From: an uncultured Thermoleophilia bacterium
GTDB taxonomy: Bacteria; Actinomycetota; Thermoleophilia; UBA2241
Assembly (NCBI GenBank): GCA_963702475.1
Contig: CAVPCT010000006.1
Location: forward strand, 192,001-256,000
Direction of reading: 5' to 3'
DNA: 64,000 bases
The notes under the pieces are model-generated. The model was not told the DNA's origin. It was given only the letters and a program-made list of their open reading frames with translations, and ran no database searches. This document shows positions 20,813 to 28,819 of this stretch, piece after piece. A program made the translations under genes and the position numbers. Position 1 is the first letter of the stretch, and every line of letters begins with the position of its first letter.

Positions 20813-21577
20813 TCAGTCTTGCGCCAGGCGGTGGAGCTTGTCGAAGCTGAGGATCTCGATGAGCTCGTGATCGCTGCTCATGCGGATGACCTCGGCGCGT
20901 TTGAGCCTGTCGAAGGTGCGGCTGAGCGTTTCCGGGACCGTGCCGAGCCGGGCGGCCAGCTCGCGCTTGCTCGTCGGCAGCTTGACCACGCGAGGGTGGT
21001 CGGGCTGGAGCGCCGGCCTGTGCCCGCCTGGTCCGGTCTGGCCCTCGGCCGCGTCGGCCGTCTCTCTCGGCAGGTCGAGTTGCTCGTCGGCGAGCGCCAG
21101 CAGGTAGCGCGCGAGCCGCGCCGGTACGGGCAGCAGGAGCTCCTCCACGCGGCGGTTGAGCAGTCCCAGCAGGTATGCCATGGAGGCGATCATGTTGACG
21201 GCGAACTGGGGCTGCGCCGCCAGAAGCGCGAGCACGTCATCGGTCTCGAACCGGTACAGCTTGCAGTCGGTCATGGTCTCGGTGCTCGCGGGGTACTCGT
21301 CGTGGAAGAGCGCCGCCTCGGCGAAGGTCTGGCCGGCGTTCACGTGCCGCACGGTGGCGGTGCGACCGTCACGGAGGAGCTTGAAGACCTTCACGCGGCC
21401 CTTCGACAGCAGGAAGAGGGCGCGCGCGTGGTCACCCTGCAGGAAGAGCGTGCTCTCGGCCGGAAGGTCGAACGGCCGGGCGATCTGCGCCAGCGAGCGC
21501 AGCTGCTCGTCGTCGAGGCGCGCGAACGTGGCCGCAACGCGCAGGTCGGCGACGATCTCGTCGAGGGTCGGTGCCAT
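20813..21577 (-). CDS. Crp/Fnr family transcriptional regulator (DNR/HcpR-like)
   Basis: cNMP-binding fold (LFLQGD...GRVKVFK...GQTFAEAALF...YPAS) and HTH LAARLGTVPETLSR; no FNR Cys cluster. Confidence 0.9.
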   Translation of the reverse strand: MAPTLDEIVADLRVAATFARLDDEQLRSLAQIARPFDLPAESTLFLQGDHARALFLLSKGRVKVFKLLRDGRTATVRHVNAGQTFAEAALFHDEYPASTETMTDCKLYRFETDDVLALLAAQPQFAVNMIASMAYLLGLLNRRVEELLLPVPARLARYLLALADEQLDLPRETADAAEGQTGPGGHRPALQPDHPRVVKLPTSKRELAARLGTVPETLSRTFDRLKRAEVIRMSSDHELIEILSFDKLHRLAQD

Positions 21578-21611
21578 GCTGAAAGTATACCGAGGCCGTG
21601 CTCGGCGGCGC

Positions 21612-23321
21612 TCAGGCGCGGCGCGAGGCGCCGTCGCCCCGGCGCCCCAGTGTGCCTCCTTGCGCGAAGGCCGGATCGGCCGGCATGACGATGATGGCCG
21701 CCGGCCCCTCGAGCGGACACTTGTACTCGCAGATCCCGCAGCCGATGCAGCGGTCGGCGAGGACACGGGGCCGCTGCACGTAGTCCTGGCGGCCGTCCGG
21801 CTGAGTCGCCACCCGGCGCTCGTCCAGCACCACGGCCTTGGGCGCCACGGGGCACATCTCCTGGCAGACGATGCAGGGCTTGTCCTGGGCCCACGGCAGG
21901 CAGCGGTCCGTGTCGATGACAGCTACACCGAGCACCTGTTTCCGCTTCGCCTCCAGCGGCAGTCTGGGGATCGCCCCCGATGGACACACGTTGCCGCAGG
22001 CGGTGCACGAGTAGTCGCAGTAGCCCAGGCGGGAGGCCAGCACGGGGGTCCACAGGCCTTCCAGGCCCGCCTCCAGAAGAGCCGGTTGAAGACCGGAGGT
22101 GGGGCAGACCTTCATGCACTCGCTGCAGCGCAGGCAGTGGGAGAGGAATGCGCTCTCGTTCTGCGCGCCCGGCGGGCGGATCAGGCGCGCGCTCGTGGTG
22201 CCGCGCCAGACGCCGGTGCCCAGGAGGGCGACGGCGCCGACGCCGGCCGCCGCGGCCGTGAGGAACTCACGGCGGCCGGGGTCGTACTCCTGCCACGGGG
22301 CGGGCCGGTAGGCGGCGCCCAGCGTCATCGCGTCCTTCTCCGGACAGGCGACGAAGCAGTCGAGGCACAGGGTGCACTCGGAGGTGACGACGGCGGGACG
22401 GGTGGGCGCGGAGGCCGCGGGGCCGTCCGCGGCCGCGCCGGCGGAGCCGGCCTCCGCCGCGGGTCCACGGCCACCCGCCGGCTCGATCGCGTCGAGCCGG
22501 CACGACCGCACGCACGCGCCGCAGTCGGTGCATCCGTGACCCACCAGCGGGCGGAGCACCTGGACCTTGGCCAGGAGGCCGAGCAGCGCCCCGAGCGGGC
22601 ACAGGTAACGGCACCAGAAGCGGTCGGCCAGGGCGTTGAGCAGCACGACGGCGACGAAGAGCAGGAAGAGGGCGACGCCTTGAGCGAAGTGCGGCTGGTA
22701 GAAGGGGAGCACCTTGCCGCGCAGGGCGGACTCGACCCAGTCGACGAGCCCTCCGCCCACGCCCCAGCCGACGAGGGTCCGCTCGACGGAGTCGACCGCG
22801 TACACGAAGGCGGGCAAGAGCGACGTGGTGGCCGTGCGCGTGAGCAGCGAGATCGGGTCGAGGACCATCAGCGTGAGGCCGCCGAAGGTCGCCATCACGG
22901 CGATGACGCCGAGGAGCACGTACTTCGCGCTCTTGAGGCGCGGCGGCAGGCGCGGGCCCAGCCGCCGCGCCGTCTTGAAGCGCGACCACTCGAGGACCGT
23001 GCCGAGGGGGCAGATCCAGCCGCACCACACGCGGCCGAGGACGAGGGCCGCCACGACGGTGACGACGGCAGGCGCCAGGCGTGGCATCCACTCGCGGGCC
23101 GCGAGCATCGTGCCGAAGGCGGCGAGCGGGTCGAAGCGGAAGAAGAGGTCGACCCAGGACGCCGCCTCACGCCGCTGCAACGCCGCGAACAGCAGCGCGA
23201 CGAAGAGGACGAGCGTTACGACCTGCACGGCGCGGCGCGCCCAACGGGCGGCCTTCCAGCCGCCCGTCCGGCGCCGCGCCCCGGCGTCTTCGCCCGTGCG
23301 CGGCGGCGCATCCAGTCTCAT
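21612..23321 (-). CDS. Membrane polyferredoxin (NapH-like plus MauM/NapG-like 4Fe-4S domains)
   Basis: GRVWCGWICPLG, RFWCRYLCPLG, multiple CxxCxxCxxxCP motifs, RPPGA...FLSHCLRCSECMKVCP. Confidence 0.88.
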   Translation of the reverse strand: MRLDAPPRTGEDAGARRRTGGWKAARWARRAVQVVTLVLFVALLFAALQRREAASWVDLFFRFDPLAAFGTMLAAREWMPRLAPAVVTVVAALVLGRVWCGWICPLGTVLEWSRFKTARRLGPRLPPRLKSAKYVLLGVIAVMATFGGLTLMVLDPISLLTRTATTSLLPAFVYAVDSVERTLVGWGVGGGLVDWVESALRGKVLPFYQPHFAQGVALFLLFVAVVLLNALADRFWCRYLCPLGALLGLLAKVQVLRPLVGHGCTDCGACVRSCRLDAIEPAGGRGPAAEAGSAGAAADGPAASAPTRPAVVTSECTLCLDCFVACPEKDAMTLGAAYRPAPWQEYDPGRREFLTAAAAGVGAVALLGTGVWRGTTSARLIRPPGAQNESAFLSHCLRCSECMKVCPTSGLQPALLEAGLEGLWTPVLASRLGYCDYSCTACGNVCPSGAIPRLPLEAKRKQVLGVAVIDTDRCLPWAQDKPCIVCQEMCPVAPKAVVLDERRVATQPDGRQDYVQRPRVLADRCIGCGICEYKCPLEGPAAIIVMPADPAFAQGGTLGRRGDGASRRA

Positions 23322-23383
23322 CCAGGTACCTCCGCGCCGCGCTCAGCCTGCGGCACGATGGTACTCCCGTGCGCCGCGCCGAC

Positions 23384-24979
23384 CTACTTGAAGCTCCAGC
23401 CGCCGACGAGCACGATCAGCGGGACCTCCACCATGGCGTCGCACCACGCCGCCGGCATCTGGACCACCATCGGCAGGAAGATCCGGCCGGTGGCGCGCGG
23501 GATCAGCGGCACATCGGTGTCCTTCTGCACCGTGAGCCTCAGGTCGTCCTGGTTCGCGAAGAAGAAGTCGTGGAAGGCGGTACGGTCGGACGACGTCACG
23601 TCCGGCAGGTAGTCGATGAGCGTGGCGGCTGTGGGGTCGACCGGGATCCAGCCATAGTCCGGCAGGTAGAACTCGGCCCAGAAGTGGCTGGACGGCGTGC
23701 CCGTGAAGACCTGGAAGCCGCCGGGCGTGCGCGCCGGGATGCCCACTGCGCGGCAGAGCGCCGAGAAGTAGATGCTCTGGGCGCCGCAGTCGCCGTACTT
23801 GTGCTCGTGCACGTAGACGGACTCTGCCTCGCCACGCGGGTAGAGGGCCAGGTGCGGCACGTAGCTGTACTTCACCGTCCGCACCACGTAGTCGTAGAGG
23901 AGCTTGGCGGCAAGGAACGGGTTCTTCTCGTCGCCCACGACCCGGTGCGCCGTGCGGCTGATCGAGGGCGTGATGCGCGTGTTCGCGTGCGAGGCCGTGT
24001 ACTGTCGGTACAGGGCACTGCCCGTGTCGTAGCGGCCCACGCGGGCCGGGTCGACCTTGAAGTACTGGGCCGCGTGACTGAAGGAGACGCCGAAGCTGAC
24101 GCCCAGGTCACCGTTGAGTGCCTGCAGCGGGATCCTCATGGCCAGCAGGCCGATGTCCGCGGCGGTGCTGGGTGGGTTGCGGATGAAGGCGGCCGGGGTC
24201 GGGTCGGTGATCCGCACGTCCGTCTGCGGCCCACCCTCGATGGGCAACGGGAACCAGAGGTCGAGATCGCCCTCGGCGGGGAGGTCGCCGCGCGGCGTAC
24301 CGAGGCTCTGTGTGAAGGCGTAGGCCTTGGGCGCGCCGTACTGCTGCCAGGCCGGGGTCGCGGCGCCGACGGCCAGGTAGGGCGTGAGCGTGTGGCAGAT
24401 CTCCCGGTACTTGGCGACCAGCGCGGTCTGGGTCTGGAAGAGTGCGACGTCCCGGAACGCGAGGTTCGTGGGGACTTCCTCGTAGTAGTGCGTGACGCCG
24501 TCCCAGCGCAGCGACTCGGTGCTCGGCAGGTCGAGCCAGGCGGCGCGCTGGGCCGCGGAGGAGTCGGGGTACCGGGTCGCCAGCAGGTCGAGCATCTGGC
24601 TCCTCGTGTAGCGGTAGCACAGACCGATCAGCTCCATGTCCTGCATCGCCACGAGACAGGCACGAGCTCGCCCGCTGTCGCCGTCGGCGAGGTAGAGCTT
24701 GCGGGCGCGGTCGTAGAGCGCGGTGGCCCGCGTGAACAGGTGGGCGCGCCGGAGGGAACGCGCCTGCTCGCGCAGCGCATCGGCGCGGGCGGTGGGGCCG
24801 GCGTGCAGGGCGGCGAGGTCTGCCGCCGGGCTGCGGCCGAGCGCGCCGGCCGGAGCGCCGGTGACCGCCAGCAGCGCCAGGACCGCGAGCAGCGCCGCGG
24901 CCGTCACCAGCGCGAGCCGGCGCGGGTCGACTCGTCGCGCGACGACGACTGCCGGTCGCTCAACCTTGCGGATGCTCAT
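23384..24979 (-). CDS. Secreted transglutaminase-like domain protein
   Basis: Signal/TM segment; GDCGAQSIYFSALCRAVGIPAR, HFWAEFYLPDYGWIPVDPT (Cys-His-Asp triad). Confidence 0.85.
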   Translation of the reverse strand: MSIRKVERPAVVVARRVDPRRLALVTAAALLAVLALLAVTGAPAGALGRSPAADLAALHAGPTARADALREQARSLRRAHLFTRATALYDRARKLYLADGDSGRARACLVAMQDMELIGLCYRYTRSQMLDLLATRYPDSSAAQRAAWLDLPSTESLRWDGVTHYYEEVPTNLAFRDVALFQTQTALVAKYREICHTLTPYLAVGAATPAWQQYGAPKAYAFTQSLGTPRGDLPAEGDLDLWFPLPIEGGPQTDVRITDPTPAAFIRNPPSTAADIGLLAMRIPLQALNGDLGVSFGVSFSHAAQYFKVDPARVGRYDTGSALYRQYTASHANTRITPSISRTAHRVVGDEKNPFLAAKLLYDYVVRTVKYSYVPHLALYPRGEAESVYVHEHKYGDCGAQSIYFSALCRAVGIPARTPGGFQVFTGTPSSHFWAEFYLPDYGWIPVDPTAATLIDYLPDVTSSDRTAFHDFFFANQDDLRLTVQKDTDVPLIPRATGRIFLPMVVQMPAAWCDAMVEVPLIVLVGGWSFK

Positions 24980-25059
24980 GGCGTGCTCCCTCGTCGCCGG
25001 TGTACCCCCTGCGGTGTGTCGGCGGTTTCGAAGGGCGCCTTGAGCGTGTGAGGCGCCGC

Positions 25060-25089
25060 TTGACGGCCGTGCCGCCGCTCGTCTACCAT
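25060..25089 (+). promoter_or_regulatory. Sigma70-type promoter of riboswitch 1
   Basis: TTGACG (25060-25065), 18 nt spacer, TACCAT (25084-25089). Confidence 0.6.
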
Positions 25090-25094
25090 CCGCG

Positions 25095-25259
25095 GCGCTT
25101 GGAGATGCCCGCGAGGGCCTCGAGGGAAGCCGGTGAGATTCCGGCGCGGACCCGCCGCTGTGACCGGGGACGACGGCTGCACGAAGCCACTGTCAGCTCG
25201 CTGACGGGAAGGCGTAGCCGAAGGACGATCCGGGAGCCAGAAGACCTGTGTCCAAGTGC
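25095..25259 (+). ncRNA. Cobalamin riboswitch 1
   Basis: AGGGAAGCCGGTGAGATTCCGGCGCGGACCCGCCGCTGTGA, GCCACTG, GGGAAGGCG, B12 box GAGCCAGAAGACCTG; P1 gcgcttgga/tccaagtgc. Confidence 0.93.
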
Positions 25260-25324
25260 GCTGTCGACGCTCTGCGTGGTGAACGGAGCGGCGGTGGCGC
25301 GTGCCGTGGCTCCGAAAACGGGGG

Positions 25325-25361
25325 GCCCGGGCCCGACGAAGTGTCGGCCCGGGCTTTTGTT
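25325..25361 (+). terminator. Intrinsic terminator, likely the expression platform of riboswitch 1
   Basis: gcccgggcccgac-gaagt-gtcggcccgggc followed by ttttgtt. Confidence 0.75.
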
Positions 25362-25531
25362 GTTGGTGGAGCGAAAGGCGGTGCGATGAATGCGATCAGG
25401 GTGCCGGCGAGCCCTCACTGTGAGGGCGGATCAGGGGCGTGTGAGCGGCGCCACGGCCTCACAGCGGCCGGACTGCGCGTGCGCGCGCTCACGGCCGCGG
25501 TCTTGCAGTCGTTGCGGGCGGGGACGACGAG

Positions 25532-26659
25532 GTGACGGCCGAGGATCTCGCCGCCAACGGTGTGAGGCCGGCGGTCGGCACGATGCAGGCCGTCCTCGTC
25601 ACGGCGGTCGGAGCGTACTCGGTCGGCGAGCTGCCGGTGCCCTTGCCCGGACCGGGCGAAGTCCTCGTCCGGGTGGGCGTGACCGGCCTCTGCCGCACCG
25701 ACCTCAAGATCATCCGGCATGGGCACCGCGACCTGGTGCTGCCCCGCGTGCCCGGCGAGGAGGTCGTCGGGGAGATCGTGGCGCTGGGGGAGGAGGCGCC
25801 GGCGGCCGCAGGCCCTTCCGGCGCGTCCGCCTCGGAGCGCGCCTTCGCCGTCGGCGATCGCGTGTACGTGTACCCCGGCGTGTGGTGCGGTGAGTGCCCG
25901 AGCTGCCGGCGCGGCGCCGAAAACCTGTGTCGCGCCATGCGCATCATGGGCTTCCACCGCGACGGCGGCTTCGCCGAGTACGTCGCGGTCCCGCTGCAGA
26001 GCCTGATCCCGGTACCTGACGGCCTGCGCGACGAGGAGGCCGTGTTCGCGGAGCCGCTGAGCTGCTGCCTGAACGCCCTCGAGCTGGGACGTGTGGGCGA
26101 CGGCGACGCGCTGGGCATCTGGGGGGCCGGCCCGGCCGGCACGCTCCTCTGCCGGGCCGGCGCCCTGCTCGGGGCCGTCCCGTCCGTCGTCGAGCCCGAT
26201 CGGCGCCGGAGCGACTACGTCGTCGGCGCCCCCGGCACGCCGCCCGCGGCGACGTTCTCGCCCGAGCCGCCGGCCCAGGTCGACGTCGCCATCGTGGCCG
26301 TCGGCGACCCGGCGGCGTACGAGCAGGCTCTCGCCGCTCTGGCGCCTCGCGGCCGGATCGTCGTCTTCTCCGGCCTGCTGCCGGCCGCTGGACGACGCCT
26401 TCCACGTGAGCCTCAACAGCGTGCACTACCACGAGCACACACTGGTCGGCGCCTACGGCTGCTGCTTCCGTCACGGCGAGGACGCGCTCGCCCTGCTCGC
26501 CGGCGGCCGCCTGCGCGTCGGACGATCTCATCAGCCACCGCCTGCCGCTTGCCGACCTGAAGGCCGGCCTCGACGCCGTCGCCGGCCGCGCCGGCATGAA
26601 GGTCCACCTGTACCCGGGCGCCGTGCCCGCCGACCTGCCACCCCGAGGAGACCACATGA
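25532..26659 (+). CDS. Zn-dependent medium-chain dehydrogenase (Tdh/sorbitol DH-like); frameshifts near 26385 and 26520, 3' end uncertain
   Basis: GLCRTDLK, PGEEVVG, CGECPSCRRGAENLC, GGFAEY, EPLSC, GAGPAG, LVGAYGC, ISHRLPL...MKVHLYP. Confidence 0.85.
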
Positions 26660-27792
26660 CCAGCGAGACCGACCTGCGCACCTTCGGGGCCGACGTCCAG
26701 CGGCTCATCGAAGGGCACGACCTCTCCCGCCGTCGCACCTACGAGCTGTTCCGTGACGTGCTGCTGGGCGAACAGCCCGAACTTCAGCAGGGGGCGTTGC
26801 TGGCGGCGCTCGTCGCCAAGGGAGAGACGCCGGAGGAGATCGCCGGCGCGTGGCAGGCTATCGTCGAGTTCGACACGGTGCCGGCAGCCGTTGACGCCTC
26901 CGGCGCTCTCGTCGAGAACTCCGGCACCGGCATGGATACGCTCAAGACGTTCAACGTAAGCTCGGCGGCCGGGGTGATCGCCGCCGCGGCCGGAGCGCGG
27001 GTGGCGCGTCACGGTGCCCGCGCCCTCACCAGCCGCTGCGGGGCCGTGGACATCCTCGAGGCCGTCGGCGTCGACGTGGACTGCGACGGTCCCACTGTGG
27101 AGCGCAGCATCCGTGAGGCCGGCATCGGCATCTTCAACGGCATGAGCCCGGCGGTGCACCCGGGCGGTCTCGGCCGCATCCTCAGCCAGATCCGCTTCGG
27201 CTCGACCCTCAACATCGCCGCCTCGCTGGCGAACCCGGTGCGGCCGACACGCGGCGTGCGCGGGGTCTACAGCGACGCCATGGTCGGACCGGTCGGCGAG
27301 GTGATGCTGGAGATCGGCTACGAGCACGCGCTCGTGGTCCACGGCTTCGGAGAGCGGCGTGAAGGCGGCGGCATGGACGAGCTCTCCGTGCTCGGCCCGA
27401 GCCTGGTCGCGGAGCTGCGCGCCGACGGGCGCCGCGACTCCTTCACCGTCGAGCCGGAGGACCTGGGGATCGAACGGGCGCTGCACGCCGACATAGCGCC
27501 GCTTGAAGATCTGCGGGCCGAGGCCCTCAGGTTCCTGCAGGTGATCGCCGGCCGCGGCGCGCAGGCGTGTCAGGACGCCGCCTGCCTGAACGCCGCCGCG
27601 GTGCTGTACGTCGCGGGCCAAGCCCCCGATTTGGCCGACGGCCTGGCTCTGGCGCGTGAGGCCGCCGGCAGCGGCGCCGCCCTCCGCAAGCTTGAGGAGT
27701 GGGTGGCGGCGCAGGCCGGCGGGGCCGAGCGTCGCGCCGCCGGCGAGGCCCGCCTCGCCGCTCTCCTCGAGGAGGCCGGCCTGGGACTGTGA
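26656..27792 (+). CDS. Anthranilate phosphoribosyltransferase (TrpD)-like protein with divergent motifs
   Basis: GALLAALVAKGETPEEIAG, ENSGTGMDTLKTFNVSS, ARHGARA, DILEAVG, LANP, GMDELS, LNAAAVL; GAGGAG RBS before ATG 26656. Confidence 0.85.
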   Translation: MTSETDLRTFGADVQRLIEGHDLSRRRTYELFRDVLLGEQPELQQGALLAALVAKGETPEEIAGAWQAIVEFDTVPAAVDASGALVENSGTGMDTLKTFNVSSAAGVIAAAAGARVARHGARALTSRCGAVDILEAVGVDVDCDGPTVERSIREAGIGIFNGMSPAVHPGGLGRILSQIRFGSTLNIAASLANPVRPTRGVRGVYSDAMVGPVGEVMLEIGYEHALVVHGFGERREGGGMDELSVLGPSLVAELRADGRRDSFTVEPEDLGIERALHADIAPLEDLRAEALRFLQVIAGRGAQACQDAACLNAAAVLYVAGQAPDLADGLALAREAAGSGAALRKLEEWVAAQAGGAERRAAGEARLAALLEEAGLGL

Positions 27793-27883
27793 GGCGGCCG
27801 GACGAAGGGCCTGCGCAGTCGCGGTGGAGCAGGACGTCGAGCCTGCCGGGGAAATGGAGGTGAGACATTTTCTCAGATTCGGT

Positions 27884-27912
27884 TTGACGGCCCCTTGACG
27901 CGGGGGTAGCCT
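27884..27912 (+). promoter_or_regulatory. Sigma70-type promoter of the cob operon
   Basis: TTGACG (27884-27889), 17 nt spacer, TAGCCT (27907-27912). Confidence 0.65.
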
Positions 27913-27921
27913 TCTTCCGCT

Positions 27922-28068
27922 GTCTCTCGACTGCAGGGAAGCCGGTGCAAGGCCGGCGCTGCCCCGCAACTGTGAGCGCTGACGAAAGCCGCAGAGTGCC
28001 ACTGCCCTCGGGCGGGAAGGCGCGGCCGGTAGGACGAAGCGCGAGCCAGGACATCTGGGCCGGGAGAC
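27922..28068 (+). ncRNA. Cobalamin riboswitch 2
   Basis: AGGGAAGCCGGTGCAAGGCCGGCGCTGCCCCGCAACTGTGA, GCCACTG, GGGAAGGCG, GAGCCAGGACATCTG; P1 gtctctcg/cgggagac. Confidence 0.9.
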
Positions 28069-28100
28069 CATCGCGACGAAGGCCTCGAGGGAGGGCTGCG

Positions 28101-28793
28101 GTGCAACTGATACCACCTCACGGACGTCTCATCCTCGTCACCGGCGGCGCGCGCAGCGGCAAGAGCTCGTACGCCGAGCGGCTCGCGGCGCAGCTGGCCG
28201 AGCCGGGCGACGGCACGGTCACGTACATCGCCACCTCCCAGGCCTACGATGAGGAGATGGAGCAGCGCGTGGCCGCTCATCAGGCGGCCCGGCCAGAAGG
28301 CTGGACGACGGTGGAGTGCTCGCTGCACGTGCCGGCCGCCGTACTCGCGGCCGCAGATGCTGCGGCTGGGGACGGCGCCGGATCGCCCGGCTCCGCCGGC
28401 CCCCCCGTCGTCCTCCTCGACTGCGTCACCCTGTGGGTGACGAACCTGCTCTTCAGCGGCGGCGCCTTCGGCGGCAGCGCGCCGCCTGACGACGGTTACA
28501 ACTGGGACAAGGACCTGCTGCCGCCGGCCGAGGAACGGGCGGCGGCCGAGCGCGTGACGGCCGCCGTCGAGGAGCTGCTCGGCGTCGTCGCTCGCGCCGG
28601 CGTCACCCTCGTCGCCGTGACCAACGAGGTGGGGCTCGGCGTCGTGCCCGAGTATCCCCTCGCCCGCTTGTACCGGGACCAGCTCGGCTGGGCCAATCAG
28701 CGCCTCGCGCGCGCCGCGGACAAGGTGTATCTCCTCGTCTCCGGCTTCCCCCTGGACGTGAAGGCCCTGGCCGTGCCGGACCCCATCCGCTGA
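28101..28793 (+). CDS. cobU: Adenosylcobinamide kinase/adenosylcobinamide-phosphate guanylyltransferase
   Basis: LILVTGGARSGKSSYAE, YIATS, DEEMEQRVAAHQAARP, LLDCVTLWVTN, VTNEVGLGVVP, YRDQLGWANQ. Confidence 0.95.
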   Translation: MQLIPPHGRLILVTGGARSGKSSYAERLAAQLAEPGDGTVTYIATSQAYDEEMEQRVAAHQAARPEGWTTVECSLHVPAAVLAAADAAAGDGAGSPGSAGPPVVLLDCVTLWVTNLLFSGGAFGGSAPPDDGYNWDKDLLPPAEERAAAERVTAAVEELLGVVARAGVTLVAVTNEVGLGVVPEYPLARLYRDQLGWANQRLARAADKVYLLVSGFPLDVKALAVPDPIR

Positions 28794-28819
28794 CGATCGG
28801 CTTCATCAAGGAGCTCACC

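Noticed and set aside
26656-27792. Calling the TrpD-like gene trpD (tryptophan synthesis)
   Set aside because: No trp neighbours, B12 riboswitch control and altered acceptor-site motifs.
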